Shown piece after piece: positions 24,619-38,124 of a stretch of 64,000 nt of DNA. Origin of the DNA: Mobula hypostoma. Lineage: Eukaryota. The stretch's first letter is position 1. Each line of letters opens with the position of its first letter. The notes below the pieces were generated by a model. The model was given only the letters and a program-made list of their open reading frames with translations, searched no databases and was not told where the DNA came from. Location: NCBI RefSeq assembly GCF_963921235.1, contig NC_086097.1, forward strand, positions 181,600,001-181,664,000, written 5' to 3'. A program made the position numbers and the translations under genes.

Positions 24619-25358
24619 GCATTTTTCACGGTAACACGTCGAAGCTGCACCCTCTCTAACATGCTGGTACAGAGAGTTTTATTTGGGTTTTTTTTAGCGC
24701 TGGAAATAGTTACATCCCGACACACGGGACAGAAGCAAGGTCGCATTGTGTATTCCAGGGACCAGCTGTTTGTGCTAATGCCGGCCGGTTTAGCGAGCAG
24801 AGCGGCAGACACCCCTGCTGAAATCCAGAGGAAAACACATAGAGGATGCAGAGGGGGATCACAAAGTCGAGGAAAGAGGACCGGGTCGAGACAACAGAGA
24901 CTTATGGAGAAGAGGAGTTTGGTGGGTAATACTGTTCCGGCTGACTGGAACTGCACTGAGAGCGGTAAGTGTGAAGGAGTTGGGTGCTTACTGACCTGGT
25001 TAACAACAGATGGTGCAATCCTGGTCATATTACAATCGAGGAACGTGTTTGTAGACCGGATATTGAACTTTTTACTGTTGGACCGGCCACATTCCACTGT
25101 GATACAACGCTGGGCGGCACGGGAGGTCATTCCTGCCTGTGGCCATCGAATGTGCAGCTCCTCCCGTGGAGGGTCAGACACCCTGAGCCAATAGACTGGT
25201 CCTGGACTTATTTTCCATCTGGCATAGTTTGCATTTTGTTGTTTGATTGTTTGTGGCTTTTGTATTGCTATATTTACGCTCTATTCTTGGTTGGTGTGGC
25301 TGTAACGAAACCCAATTTCCTTCGGGATTAATAAAGTATATCTATCTATCTATCTATG
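24619..25358 (+). mobile_element. Internally deleted (bipartite) Rex1-type LINE derivative
   Basis: 5' part reads YSRDQL...RGCRGG and LVNNRWCNPGHITIEERVC.PDIEL (endonuclease fragment), joined directly to a 3' end with AATAAAG and a (TCTA)n tail. Confidence 0.7.
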
Positions 25359-26479
25359 TCAAAATCAGCTTGGTTTCCTTAAGGCAAAATCTTGCCTGAC
25401 TGATCTGCTGGAATCCTTTGAGGACATTACAAGCAGGATAGACAAAGGAGAATAGGTGGATGTTGTGTACTTGGATTTTCAGAAGGCCTTTAATAACGCG
25501 CCACACATAAGGCTGCTTAATAAAAAAAGTCATGGTATTACAGGAAAGATACTAGCATGGATAGAGCATTGGCTGATCGGTAGGATCTGAAGAGTGGGAA
25601 TAAAGGGAAACTTTTCTGATTGGCTGCCAGTGTTCCGCAAGGGTCGGTGTTGGGGTTGCTTATTTTTACGTTGTATGTCAATGATTTGGATGATAGATGG
25701 CTTTGTGGACAATATGAAGATAGGTGGAGGAGCAAGTAGCGTTGAGGAAGTAGGGAGGCTGCAGGAAGATTTCAGATTAGGAAAATGGGCAAAGAAGTGG
25801 GAAATGAAATATGGTGTTGGGAAGTATATGGTCACGTATTTTGGTAGAAGGAATAAAAGAATAGTCTGTTTTCTAAATAGGGAGAAAATTCAAAACTCCA
25901 AGGTGCAAAGGGACTTGGAAGTCCTCCTGTAGGTTTTGTGAATGGTGAGGAAGGTAAATGCAATATTACCAGTAATTTTGAAAATATAAAAGCAAGGATG
26001 AGGCTTTCTAAGGCACTGGTGAGGCTTCACTTGGAGTATTGTGCGCACTTCTGGGCCACTTATTTAAGAAAGTATGTGCTGACAAGGAAAGCATTCACAA
26101 GAATGATTCCATGAATGAAAGGCTGATCAAAAGAGGAACAATTGATTGCTTTCGCTCACTGCAGTTTACAAGAATGAGGGTTAAATCTCATTGAAGCCTA
26201 TCAAGTGCTGAAAGGCCTAGATAGAGTAGATGTGGAGAGGATGCTTCCTATGGTGGGTGATTCTAAGACCAGAATAAAGAGGTCCATTTAGAACAGGGAT
26301 GAGGAGTAATTTCTTTAGTCAGAGGATGGTGAATCTGAGGAATTCATTGCCACAGATAGGCCAGGTCATTGGGTGAATTGAAGACGGAGGTTGATAGGTT
26401 TGTGATTAGTCAGGGCATGAAAGATTATGGGGAGAAGGCAGGAGAATGGGGGTTCAAAATGATAAAAGCAGACATGGTG

Positions 26480-26745
26480 TTGTTATACTGAGGTAATGAT
26501 CAGGGTAGGGTTGTTCTAGTTAAGTCCAAAACAGACTGGTTGAAGAAAAGTAGTTGTTCTTGAACTTAGTGGTGTGGGACTTCAGGCTTCTGTACATCCT
26601 ACTCAATGGTAGCAGCTAGGAAATAGCATGACCTTGCTGGTGAGCATCTTTGATGATGGATGTTGCCCTCTTCAGGCAGCACCTCCTATAGATCCTACTG
26701 ATGGTGGGGTAGGATATGCCAGTGATGTACTGGGCTGATCCCACT
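26480..26745 (-). mobile_element. Rex1/Babar 3' remnant
   Basis: YRRCCLKRATSIIKDAH motif. Confidence 0.7.
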
Positions 26746-27066
26746 ATTAACAAAAGTCCAAGTGCAGAGAGAGAGACACAGAAATGGAATGAACCATTCA
26801 CTGAGTTTTAATAAGAACTGTACAGAACAAAAGCAAAATAATAACTGCTTGGCCAACAGGGCTGAGAACTACAACTCTCAAAATAAAATCTCACACCGTC
26901 ACTGTGGCTTGGAAGCAGCAACTTAAATACTAAATTTGTTATGTATTCATGTATATTTTGATCCTCATGGGTTGCTATCAAGCTTCCCTGTGTGTAACGT
27001 TCTGAATGTAATGTGAGAGGGCATTCTGGGTAGATGACTAACAAGTAAAATAAACAGCAGCACATT

Positions 27067-30000
27067 TAGAACATAGAACATAGAACCATAGAAACATTAC
27101 AGCACAGAAACAGGCCTTTTGGCCCCTCTTGGCTGTGCTGAACCATTTTTCTGCCTGGTTCCACTGACCTGCATCTGGACCATATCCCTCCATACACCTC
27201 TCATCCATGTACCTGTCCAAGGTTTTCTTAAATGTTAAAAGTGAACCTGCATTTACCACTTCATCTGGCAGGTCATTCCATACTCCCACCACTGTCTGTG
27301 TGAAGAAGCCCCCACTAATGTTCCCTTTAAATTTCCCCCCCTTCACCCTTAACCCATGTCCTCTGGTTTTTTCTCCCCTTGCCTCAGTGGAAAAAGGCTG
27401 CTTGCATTCACTCTATCTATACCCATCATAATTTTAAATACCTCTATCAAATCTCCCCTCATTCTTCTACGCTCCAGGGAATAAAGTCCTAACCTATTCA
27501 ACCTTTCTCTGTAACTCAGTTTCTCAAGTCCCGGCAAACATCCTTGTAAACCTTCTCTGCACTCTTTCAACCTTATTAATATCCTTCCTGTAATTTGGTG
27601 ACCAAAACTGAACACAATACTCCAGATTCGGCCTCACCAATGCCTTATACAACCTCATCATAACATTCCAGCTCTTATACTCAATACTTTATAAAGGCCA
27701 ATGTACCAAAAGCTCTCTTTACGACCCTATCTACCTGTGACGCCACTTTTAGGGAATTTTGTATCTGTATTCCCAGATCCCTCTGTTCTACTGCACTCCT
27801 CAGTGCCTTACCATTAACCCTGTATGTTCTACCTTGGTTTGTCCTTCCAACGTGCAATACCTCATACTTGTATTAAACTCCATCTGACATTTTTCAGCAG
27901 GTCCAAATCCCTCTGCAAGCTTTGGAAACCTTCGTCACTGTCCACTACACCCCAAATCTTTGTATCATCAGCAAATTTGATGATCCAATTTACCACCATC
28001 ATCCAGATCATTGATATAGATGTCAAATAACAATGGACCCAGCACTGATCCCTGTGGCACACCACTAGTAACAGGCCTCCACTCAGAGAAGCAATACTCC
28101 ACTACCACTCTCTGGCTTCTTCCATTGAGCCAATGTCTAATCCAATTTACTACCTCTCCATATATACCTAGCGACTGAATCTTCCTAACTAACCTCCCAT
28201 GCGGGACCTTGTCAAAGGCCTTACTGAAGTCCATGTAGACAATATCCACTGCCTTCCCTTCATCCAGTTTCCTGGTAGCCTCCTCGAAAAGCTCTAATAG
28301 AATGGTTAAACATGACCTACCACGCACAAAGCCATGTTGACTCTCCCTAATAAGTCCCTGTGTATCCAAATACTTGTAAATCCTATCTCTCAGTACTCCT
28401 TCAAATAATTTACCAACTACCGATGTCAAACTTACTGGTCTATAATTTCCCAGATTACTTTTAGAGCCTTTTTAAAATAACGGAATACCATGAGCTATCC
28501 TCCAATCCTCCAGCACCTCACCCGTAGACACCAGCATTTTAAATATATCTGCCAGGGCCCCTGCAATTTCAGCACTAGTCTCCTTCAAGGTCTGAGGGAA
28601 TGCCCTGTCAGGTCCTGGGGATCTATCTACTCTGATTTGCCTCAAGATAGCAAGTACCTCCTCCTCCTCAATCTGTATAGGTTCCATGACCTCACTACTT
28701 GTTTGCCTTATTTCCATTGACTCCATGCCAGTTTCCTTAGTAAATACAGACGCAAAAAATCCATTTAAGACCTCACCCATTTCTTTTGGTTCCATACATA
28801 GCCAACCACACTGATCTTCAACAGGACCAATTTTATCCCTTATTATCCTTTTGCTCTTAATATACCTGTCGAAGCTCTCTGGATTATCCTTCACCTTGAC
28901 TGCCAAAGCAACTTCATGTCTCCTTTTAGCCCTCCTGATTTCTTTCTTAAGTATTTATTTGCACTTTTTATACTCCTCAAGCACCTTATTTGCTCTGTTT
29001 CCTATACATGTCATACATCTCTCTTTTTTTCTTTATCAGAGTTCCAATATCCCTTGAGAACCAAGGTTCCTTATTCTTATTCACTTTGTCTTTAATCCTG
29101 ACAGGAACATACAAACTCTGCACTCTCAAAATTTCTCCTTTGAAGGCTTCCCACTTACCAATCACATCCTTGCCAGAGAACAACCTGTCCCAATCCACGC
29201 TTTTTAGATCCTTTCTCATTTCTTCAAATTTGGTCTTTTTCCAGTTTAGAACGTCAACCCGAGGACCAGATCGATCTTTATCCATGATCAAGTTGAAACT
29301 AATGGTGCTATGATCACTGGAACCAGTGTTCCCCTACACACACTTCCGTCACTTGTCCTAACTCGTTTCCTAATAGGAGATCTAATATTGCATCCCCTCT
29401 AGTTGTTATTTCTATATATTGATTTAGGAAACTTTCCTGAACACATTTTACAAACTCTAACCCGTCTAGACCTTTAACAGTATGGGAATCCCAATCAGTA
29501 TGTGGAAAATTAAAATCCCCTACTATCACAACTTTATGTTTCCTGCAGTTGCCTGCTATCTCTCTGCAGATTTGCTCCTCCAATTCTCGCTGACTATTGG
29601 GTGGTCTATAATACAACCCCATTAATGTGGTCATACCTTTCCTGCTTCTCAGCTCCACCTATATGGCCTCGGTAGACAAGCCCTCTAATCTGTCCTGCCT
29701 GAGCACTGCTGTAACATTTTCCCTGACTAGCAATGCCACCCCCCACAACCCTTCATTCCTCTGCCTCTATCACCTCTGAAACATCGGAACCCTGGAACAT
29801 TAGGCTGCCAGTCCTGCCCCTCCTGTAGCCAAGTTTCACTAATGGGTATAATGTTGTAATTCCATGTGTCAATCCACACCCTCAGCTCGTCAGCCTTCCC
29901 CACAATGCTCCTTGCATTGAAATAGACACACCTCAGAAGATTATTACCACCACACACAACCCTTCTAATTGTGACTTGCATGAACTTTTAACACTATTTA

Positions 30001-31090
30001 TTTTCACCCCGCTCCACTATCTGCTCTGGCACTCTGATTCCCGTACCCTTGCAGATCTACAACGTTTGTAGTTTAAACCTTCCCCAAAAGCACTAACAAA
30101 CCTCCCTGCAAGGATATTGGTCCCCTTGTAGTTCAGGTGTAACCCGTCTCTTTTGTACAGGTCCCACCAGACCCAAAAGCGGTCCCAATGATCCTGAAAT
30201 CTGAAACCCTGCCCCCTACACCAGTTCCCCAGCCACGTGTTCATCCGCCAGAGCATCCTGTTTTTACCCTCACTGGCACGTAACACAGGTAGCAATCCTG
30301 AGATTACCACCCTTGAGGTCCTGCATTTTAACGTCCTACCAAGCTCTCTATACTCACTCTCCAGGACCTTCTCACTCTTCCTTGCTATGTCATTGGTACC
30401 GATGTGCACCACGACATCTGGCTGATCACCCTCCCACTTCAGAATGTCATGCAATCGATCAGAGACATCCTTGACCCTGGCACCCGGGAGACAACAAACC
30501 ATCCTGGAGTCTCTGTCACAACCACAAAACCTCCTTTCTGTACCTTTAACTATCGAGTCCCCTATCACTACCGCTCTCCTCTTTTTCCACCCTCCCTTCT
30601 GCACTGCAGAGCCAGACTCAGTGCCAGAGATCCGGCTGCCGCAGCTAGTCCCAGGTAGGTCATCCCCCCCAACAGTATCCAAATCGGTATACTTGTTGGT
30701 GAGGGGAATGGCCACAGGGGAACCCTGCTCTGCCTGCCCTTTCCCCTTCCCTCGCCTGATAGTAACCCAGTTACCTGTGTGCTGCTCCTTTGGTGTAACT
30801 ACCTCCCTGAAGCTACTATCTATAAACACCTGATTCTCCTGAATGATCCGGATGTCATCCAGCTCCTGCTCCAGTTCCCTAACATGGTTTGTTAGGAGCT
30901 GCAGTGGGATGCACTTCTTTCAGGTGTCGTTGTCAGGGACACCGGAGGGCTCCCTGACTTCCCACATCCTGCAAGAGGAGCATTCCAACATCCTGCCTGG
31001 CATTCTCTCTACTCTAAACAAAACAAAACTTACTGAAACCTACCCTCACCTCTGCCTGTTCACACTGAAGTCTGTTGAGCCAAAGCTCTT
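27067..31090 (-). mobile_element. Near full-length CR1 LINE: ORF1 (SGNH/GDSL esterase) plus ORF2 (endonuclease and RT), with stops and frameshifts
   Basis: ORF 30017-30829 VVIGDS...CCLPGA...VVHIGTND...DGLHL; endonuclease [49 protein letters not shown]; (TTCTATG)n tail at 27067-27095. Confidence 0.95.
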
Positions 31091-31859
31091 CATCTCCTTG
31101 TCTCTCATGTGTGTAATTCACGGCCACCCAGCTTCCCAGTACCACAAACTTAAGAAAATTAATACCGCTCCTGTACAGCATCAATCTAAATTGTAATCTT
31201 CTTTCTCGGAACGTGGACTATGTTAAACAGAGTGTTGCTGTTGCTGTACCTCTGTCAAGACCTGACAAGCCTGAAATGAAAGGAAGTGAATTAAATACAT
31301 TTACGAAGAAACCCAAATTGGCTGGAATGTGCACTCTCATGTGTGAGATTGCCGGCTTCTTCCAGCTGCCCGCCTGTGAGAGCACCTGGATCCTGTGGCA
31401 GTGTCTGCAGTTGTGACAGCTACTCTCAACAGCTCCTTCCATAACATGGGGCTGTACTGTACAAGGAAGGGCAACGTATTACACAAGAAGTCAGTGTGCT
31501 CCTTCTGTGCGATGTGGGACATCGAGGTCGCTTCCGGAGTGCCTAGCAACCATTTGTGCAGGAAGTGTGTCCTGCTGCAGCTCCTGACATTCCTCTGGGA
31601 ATTGTGGATGGATTCACTGCTGGAGCATCCATGATGCTGTGAACATTGTATATTCATTGTCAATAATGAGAAAGGTAAGAAGGGGAATGAGGTCCTCACA
31701 CAGGTTTAGAGAACATTGGTTTCAAGAGATATTGAGGCCCTGGTTAAGAAAAAGAAGGTGCATAGCAGGTAGGAACAAATGAGGTACTTGAGTATATGAA
31801 ATGCAAGAGAACACTTAAGAAGGAAATCAGGAGAACTAAAAGATATGAGGTTCCTTTAG

Positions 31860-32500
31860 CAATAAGGTGAAGGATTCTTCAGCCCATGATGTTGTGTTGA
31901 CCTTTTAACCTACTTCAATATCAATCTAACCTTTCCTTCCCACTAAGCCCTCCATTTCTCCTTCATCCATATACCTATCTAAGGTCTCTTAAATAGTCCC
32001 AATGTTTCTGCCTCTACCCTGGCAGTGTGCTCCATACACCCACCACTCTGTGCAAAGAACCTACCTCCGACATCCCCCCTATACTTTCCTCCAGTTACCT
32101 TAAAAGTATGCACCCTCATATTAGCCATTTCAACCCTACAAAAGAGTAACTATCTATGCCTCTTATCATCTTGTGCACCTCTGTCAAGTTACATCTTGCT
32201 CTCCTGTGTCCCAAAGAGAATACAGCTAGCTCACTCAACCTATCCTCAGAAGACACGTTGGTAAACCTCCTCTGCACTGTCTCTAAAAACATCCTTCCTA
32301 TTAATGAGCCAACCAAAACTCTAAGTGTGGTCTAACCAGAGTTTTGTAGAGCTGCAACATTACCTCACCACTCTTGAACTTGATCCCACGACTAACAAAG
32401 GCCAAAACACCAAATGTGTTCTTACCATAATATTAATGTGTGGTATTTTTGAGGGATTTATGGATAAGGAGCCCAAGATCCCTCTATTTCCTCGCACTGC
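31860..32500 (-). mobile_element. Degraded CR1 3' fragment
   Basis: LETVQRRFT...RLSELAVFSL motif and CR1 3' UTR. Confidence 0.7.
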
Positions 32501-33424
32501 CTCTTCTAGATCACAAGCGTGACTGCACTTCTATAGGATGTCAGTACTGTAAAAGATTTGGTATGTCCTGAGAAGGTGGGGGTGCAAGTTCCTGTCACTT
32601 TAGCTGTGTTTAGATAATCAAAAGACAAAAACATCAAATCTAAACTTGCAGCTTTGGTTAGAATTATTGACCACATATAACAGAAAGAGTCAGCTCATCA
32701 AATCCATGCTGGCTCCCAGCAAAGCCACACATATAGATATACAGAATGGAAACAGGCCCTTCAGCCCAACTTCTTCATGCTGACCAAGTTGTCAACTTGA
32801 GCTAAATCACATCTCCCTGCATTTGACCCTTATCCCTCTCATGCTTTTTGATCCATGTACCTGCCTAAACGCATTTTAAACGTCATAACTTCCACTTGAA
32901 CCTCATTCCTCAACCCACCACCCTTGGTGTAAGAAATTTGCCCTCAGGTCCCCTTTGAATCTGATGTAGGGTTTCAACTGGAAACATTGACAGATTCTTT
33001 TTAAAGTGCCATTGTTCTAATAGTTAAACTTTCCTTCTGGTTGCTTATATGTTTGCATAATTACCTATGTGTAAATATTCAGTGGATTTTCAATAATTTG
33101 TAGTATAGCTGGTTCCGTATTTTTGTACTTCTGTATTTTTTTGTAGATTTTTGTCTGCAGTTCGAATCAGACCAGTATAAATGAACTGCCTCATAGACTG
33201 TTCTTAACAAATATCTTAATCTGTGTAATCTGAGCTATCTTTCAGTAGAAAGAGAACCACAAGGCAAAGTTCTGTCTTTCTTCATTCTTCCTTCCTTACA
33301 TGAGAGTGAGTTTGTTACTACTATTTATTTGTTAAGAATACCTAATAAATCACTTGCAAGCAATAATATTTCCAGATCCAATGACAGGTTAGTTGATTGT
33401 ATGGTGCAGGATAGAAGGGTTTAG

Positions 33425-34265
33425 ATCTCAGGATCTGAGGAAGTGGAGGGATGGGTTAGTAAATTTGCTGATGAAACAAAGGTTGGGTGTGTTGTGGATA
33501 GCGTGGAGGACTGTCAGAGGTTACAGCAGGACATTGCTAGGATGCAAAACTGGGCTGAGAAGTGGCAGATGGAGTTCAACCCAGATAAGTGTGAGGTAGT
33601 TCATTTTGGTAGGTCAAATATGATCGCAGAATATAGTATTAATGGTAAGGCTCTGTGGTTAAGAAGGCATACAGTGCATTGGCCTTCATCAATCGCAGGA
33701 TTGAGTTTAGGAGCCGAGAGGTAACGTTGCAGCTATACCTGGTCAGTACTGGTCACCTCACTACAGGATGAATGTGGAAACCATAGAAAGGGTGCAGAGG
33801 AGATTTACAAGGATGTTGCCTGGATTGGGGAGCATGCCTTATGAGAATAGGTTGAGTGAACTCAGCCTTTTCTCCTTGGAGCGACGGAAGATGAGTGGTG
33901 ACCTGATAGAGATGTATAAGATGATGAGAGGCATTGATTGTGTGGCTAGTCAGAGGCTTTTTCCCAGGGCTGAAATGGCAAACACGAGAGGGCACAATTC
34001 TAAGGTGCTTGGAAGAAGGTACAGAGGAGATGTCAGGGGTAAGTTTTTTCACGCAGAGAGTGGTGAGTGCATGGAATGGGCTGCCAGTGACGGTGGTGGA
34101 GGCGGATACGATAGGGTCTTTTAAGAGACTCCTGGATAGGTACATGCAGCTTAGAAAAATAGAGGGCTATGGGTAACCCGAGGTAATTTCTAAAGGAAGT
34201 ATATGTTCGGCAGAGCAACATGGGCCGAAGGGCCTGTATTGTACTGCAGGTTTTCTATGTTCTAT
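33425..34265 (+). mobile_element. CR1 LINE 3' fragment (same subfamily as 1-608)
   Basis: KFADETK, WQMEFNPDKCEV and ERVQRRFTRMLPG motifs; TTCTATGTTCTA tail. Confidence 0.9.
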
Positions 34266-35914
34266 CACTCTGATCACTCAAGGAAATTGGAACCTAAACA
34301 AGGCAGAGAGATTGCATCTGGACTGAAAAAGGACCAACATCCTTATAGAAAGGATTCCCAATGGCATTATAGAGGGTTGAAACTCGTCTAGCAGGGGATT
34401 AGTGTACAGGAGTAGAAGTGCAGTGAGGGCTGGTGAAATCAAATACTGAAAAGAAACTAATTGAGTCGGGATAAGCAAAGCAAACAGCCCTGTCCTGGTC
34501 CAATTAAGAGGTGGAGGCAAAGATGATAGAGGCACTTAAGAGTCTCTTCAATAGGCAAGTGAATATGCAGAGAATGGAGGAACGTGGACATTGTGCAGGC
34601 AGGATGGATTAGTTTAGCTTGGCAATTAAATACTAGTTTAATTAGTTCTGCACAACATCATGGGCCAAAGGGCCTGTTCCCGTGCAGCACTCTTCTATGT
34701 TGTACATAGAACAAAAAGAAAGCCATCGCTGTGCAGTGGTTATACTGGAAGTCGAACAATAAACATAAAAGAGAAGAGCAGGTATTAGACAAATCATAGA
34801 GTACTTTGGTAAAGTGCCAGAAGATGTCGATTTCCCAAGGACTATTCAGGACCATCTTTGTGGGAATGTGGAATTTTTAAAGTGCATACAGGCAAGATTT
34901 CTAATCAACGTGTAGCTGTGTGCTGCTGGAGAAGGAATGGGACTGGACCTAATCATTAGCAATGCACTTGGGCAGAGGTTACAATGTCAGTGGGAGAGCA
35001 TTTCAGAGATGGTGACAATAACTATAAGTTTCAAAGAAGCTTTGTAAAAGATAAGGATGTCCAAAAATTAACATCTGAATCTGGTGTAGCAGATTTCAAT
35101 ATCATGAGAGATCTTGGCAAAGTAGAATGAGGACCTGCTACTTGCAGGTAGATTTACAACCAACTGATGGGAAGTTTTTACATGGGTCAGTGTGAAATGA
35201 GTGAAATGGCAGATATGATGAATTGTGAATAGGGAAGCACTTTGGAGTGTTAGAATATGCTCTTCTTGTTAATACCACTGGGGAGGAGGCATTGGAGCAT
35301 GAAGACCCACACTCAATAATTCAGAAAGTTTCTTCCCCTCTGCTATCAGATTTCTGAATGGTCCATGAAACACGAATGTTACCTTGTTAATCCTTTTTTT
35401 GCACTATTTATTTTTTAAAATTATTTTATTTTAATATCTTTACACTGTATTGTTGCCATAAAACAACAAATCTCATGCCATAAATGTCAGTGATAATAAT
35501 TCTGAATCCAGTTCTGGTTCAGATTATGATGATCAGCAGGTTTTTGTTAGTAGGAGATCCTGGCTGAACAATTCAAATTAATTTTTTGAAGAGATAACAA
35601 AAAGCAAGGGGAGTGGATCTAAAACTGGCTTGATGACAGAAAGGAGTTGTGATTCGAAGCCTGTGACTAGTGGTATACCACAGGCATCCGTAGTGGGACC
35701 TTTACTCCTTGGGTAAAGATTAAAGACTTAGATATTGTGTGATTAGTAAATTTGCAGATTGCACAAAAAATGGTAGTATGTAGATAGCAAGAACAGTTTT
35801 TGGTTACAGGAAAATATTGATCAGTTGGTAAAATGGCAGATGGAAGATAACCCTGTTAAGTCAGAGACAATTGTCGGGAGGACCAATATGGGCAAAACAT
35901 GCACAATGAATAAT

Positions 35915-37599
35915 AAACTCCTGAATTCCTGAAAATGAATGCAATAAGATGTATTACATCCGCACCATAACAACCCAGCTACAAATGGCTTGGCAGAAAG
36001 GTTGGTCCAGACTCTAAAGAATGCACTGCGTGCAACGTCAGCACAAATACTACACTAGCACAGAACCAGAAGCACGCTATTCCTCCTTGCATATCGCAAT
36101 GCAGCACACTCCACAAATAACAAGTCACCAGCTATGCTGTTCCTAGGTCATCTCTTGCAATCACACTTGGATCTCCTCAAACCCAATCTCAGAAGGTGAT
36201 TGCAGAACAAACAGCTAAGACAAACTGAGGACTCAAGGTGGTTTGATGTTTCACTCCTACACAAGTGGTCCTGGCGAGGGATAACAAAGGTGATCAAGGT
36301 AGGTTCTTGGAAAGATTAGGGGCAGAATTGGACTTCTCTCCTATACAGTGGAGATTGCACCTGATGTCATCTGGAGGTGACACATCGATCAGTTGAGGAG
36401 AGCAGAGTCAATTGTTTGAGAAGAAAGATGTCCAGAGCTGTCAGAACCACTTCCTGCAGTCTCAGAGTCAACTCCTGCAACCATCATGGAGGAGACCCCA
36501 GAACCTGAGATTGTTTCACAATCACATCTCTCCTGCCAAGCAGTGGCACATCCTCCCCCACCCTGGCTCGGGAAAGATGTTATCCCACAAGAGTAAGAAA
36601 TCCTCCACTGCAATTAAATCTTTAGGCTTGAAGGGACAATTTAAAATTTACTATGTTGTGGATGTCTATACAGTCATGTATTATATAGTATACTGGCATT
36701 TATAGCGAGAGGATTCGAGTACAGGAGCAGGGAGGTACTACTGCAGTTGTACAAGGCCTTGGTGAGACCACACCTGGAGTATTGTGTGCAGTTTTGGTCC
36801 CCTAATCTGAGGAAAGACATCTTTGCCATAGAGGGAGTACAAAGAAGGTTCACCAGATTGATTCCTGGGATGGCAGGTCTTTCATATGAAGAAAGACTGG
36901 ATGAACTGGGCTTGTACTCGTTGGAATTTAGAAGATTGAGGGGGGATCTGATTGAAACGTATAAGATCCTAAAGGGATTGGACAGGCTAGATGCGGGAAG
37001 ATTGTTCCCGATGTTGGGGAGGTCCAGAACGAGGGGTCACAGTTTGAGGATAGAGGGGAAGCCTTTTAGGACCGAGATTAGGAAAAACTTCTTCACACAG
37101 AGAGTGGTGAATCTGTGGAATTCTCTGCCACAGCAAACTGTTGAGGCCAGTTCATTAGCTATGTTTAAAAGGAAGTTAGATATGGCCCTTGTGGCTACAG
37201 GGGTCAGGGGGTATGGAGGGAAGGCTGGGTTCTGAGTTGGATGATCAGCCATGATCGTAATAAATGGCGGTGCAGGCTCGAAGGGCCGAATGGCCTACTC
37301 CTGCACCTATTTTCTATGTTTCTATATGCATTCTTTATTGAGCTGGAGTTTATAGCTAAGCAAGGAGGAGTGTTGTGTATTTAATATTTCAGTAATATTG
37401 TAAATATATTGTTCGATTAAGCAATCTTTGCTGTTTATATAATTCATCATCGATTACATGTAAAAGTATGTGAATGGTATACGTTATAACGCCACCGCCT
37501 CATATGTACGCCCCACTAAAATAAAAATGAAATAGACAAGTTTACCTGGGCTCCTGTGTTTTTCTTTTGATTAGATTTTGGAGTTACAAAGCATAATAA
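35915..37599 (+). mobile_element. Gypsy LTR retrotransposon 3' remnant (integrase, polypurine tract, LTR ~37371-37599), interrupted by a young CR1
   Basis: ITSAP..PATNGLAERLVQTLK integrase motif at ~35953-36020; AAGCAAGGAGGAG tract immediately before the TGTTG LTR start. Confidence 0.8.
36693..37326 (+). mobile_element. Young CR1 3' fragment, near-identical to the 3' part of 13766-15523
   Basis: Open ORF 36747-37235 and the same 3' UTR ending CCTATTTTCTATGTTTCTAT. Confidence 0.92.
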
Positions 37600-37729
37600 A
37601 CCAATTTTCTATATTTCATGAACTAATTTTTAAAAAACTGCCCCAAAGAGTTGAGTGCTGGGGAATCTAGTGATGATTATGTTAAAGGTTAAATCAGTAC
37701 ATGGGACCAGACCTGTCTCTCTGTCACAA

Positions 37730-37900
37730 TCACGAGAAAATCTGCAGATGCTAGAAATACAAAGCAACATACAAAAGCTGGAGGAACTCAGCAGGCCTGT
37801 GGAAAAGAGTCGCTGTCTCGGCCCAAAATGTCAACTGTTTACTCTTTTCCATAGATGCTGCTTGGCCCGCTGAGTAATTCCAGCATTTTGTGTATGCTGT
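37730..37900. mobile_element. Palindromic Penelope-like terminal fragment
   Basis: Inverted arms CAACATACAAAAGCTGGAGGAACTCAGCAGGCC / GGCCCGCTGAGTAATTCCAGCATTTTGTGTATG; same motif family as 44650, 49700 and 63541. Confidence 0.7.
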
Positions 37901-38124
37901 CTCTTATCATCCTAGGTTGAATGATGCTGCCGATGGATGAAGACACTTCACTACCTATGGTGTGAGAGTGGGACGTTGGCACCACATGCCAGTGACAGTG
38001 GTGGTTGCTCTGAGTAAACCTCTCACTGCATTATAGAGACAGAGGCTTCATGTCTCTAGTAACTCCAAGGTCTTGGACAGAAATTCCACCAGGGATGAGA
38101 TAAAACTAAATTCTGGGAATCTGT

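Larger units (their letters stand above)
21615..26460 (+). mobile_element. Heavily degraded CR1 LINE (ORF1 end, endonuclease, RT, 3' end) split by two Rex1 insertions
   Basis: Collinear CR1 motifs at 21615-22706, 23945-24618 and 25359-26460. Confidence 0.78.
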
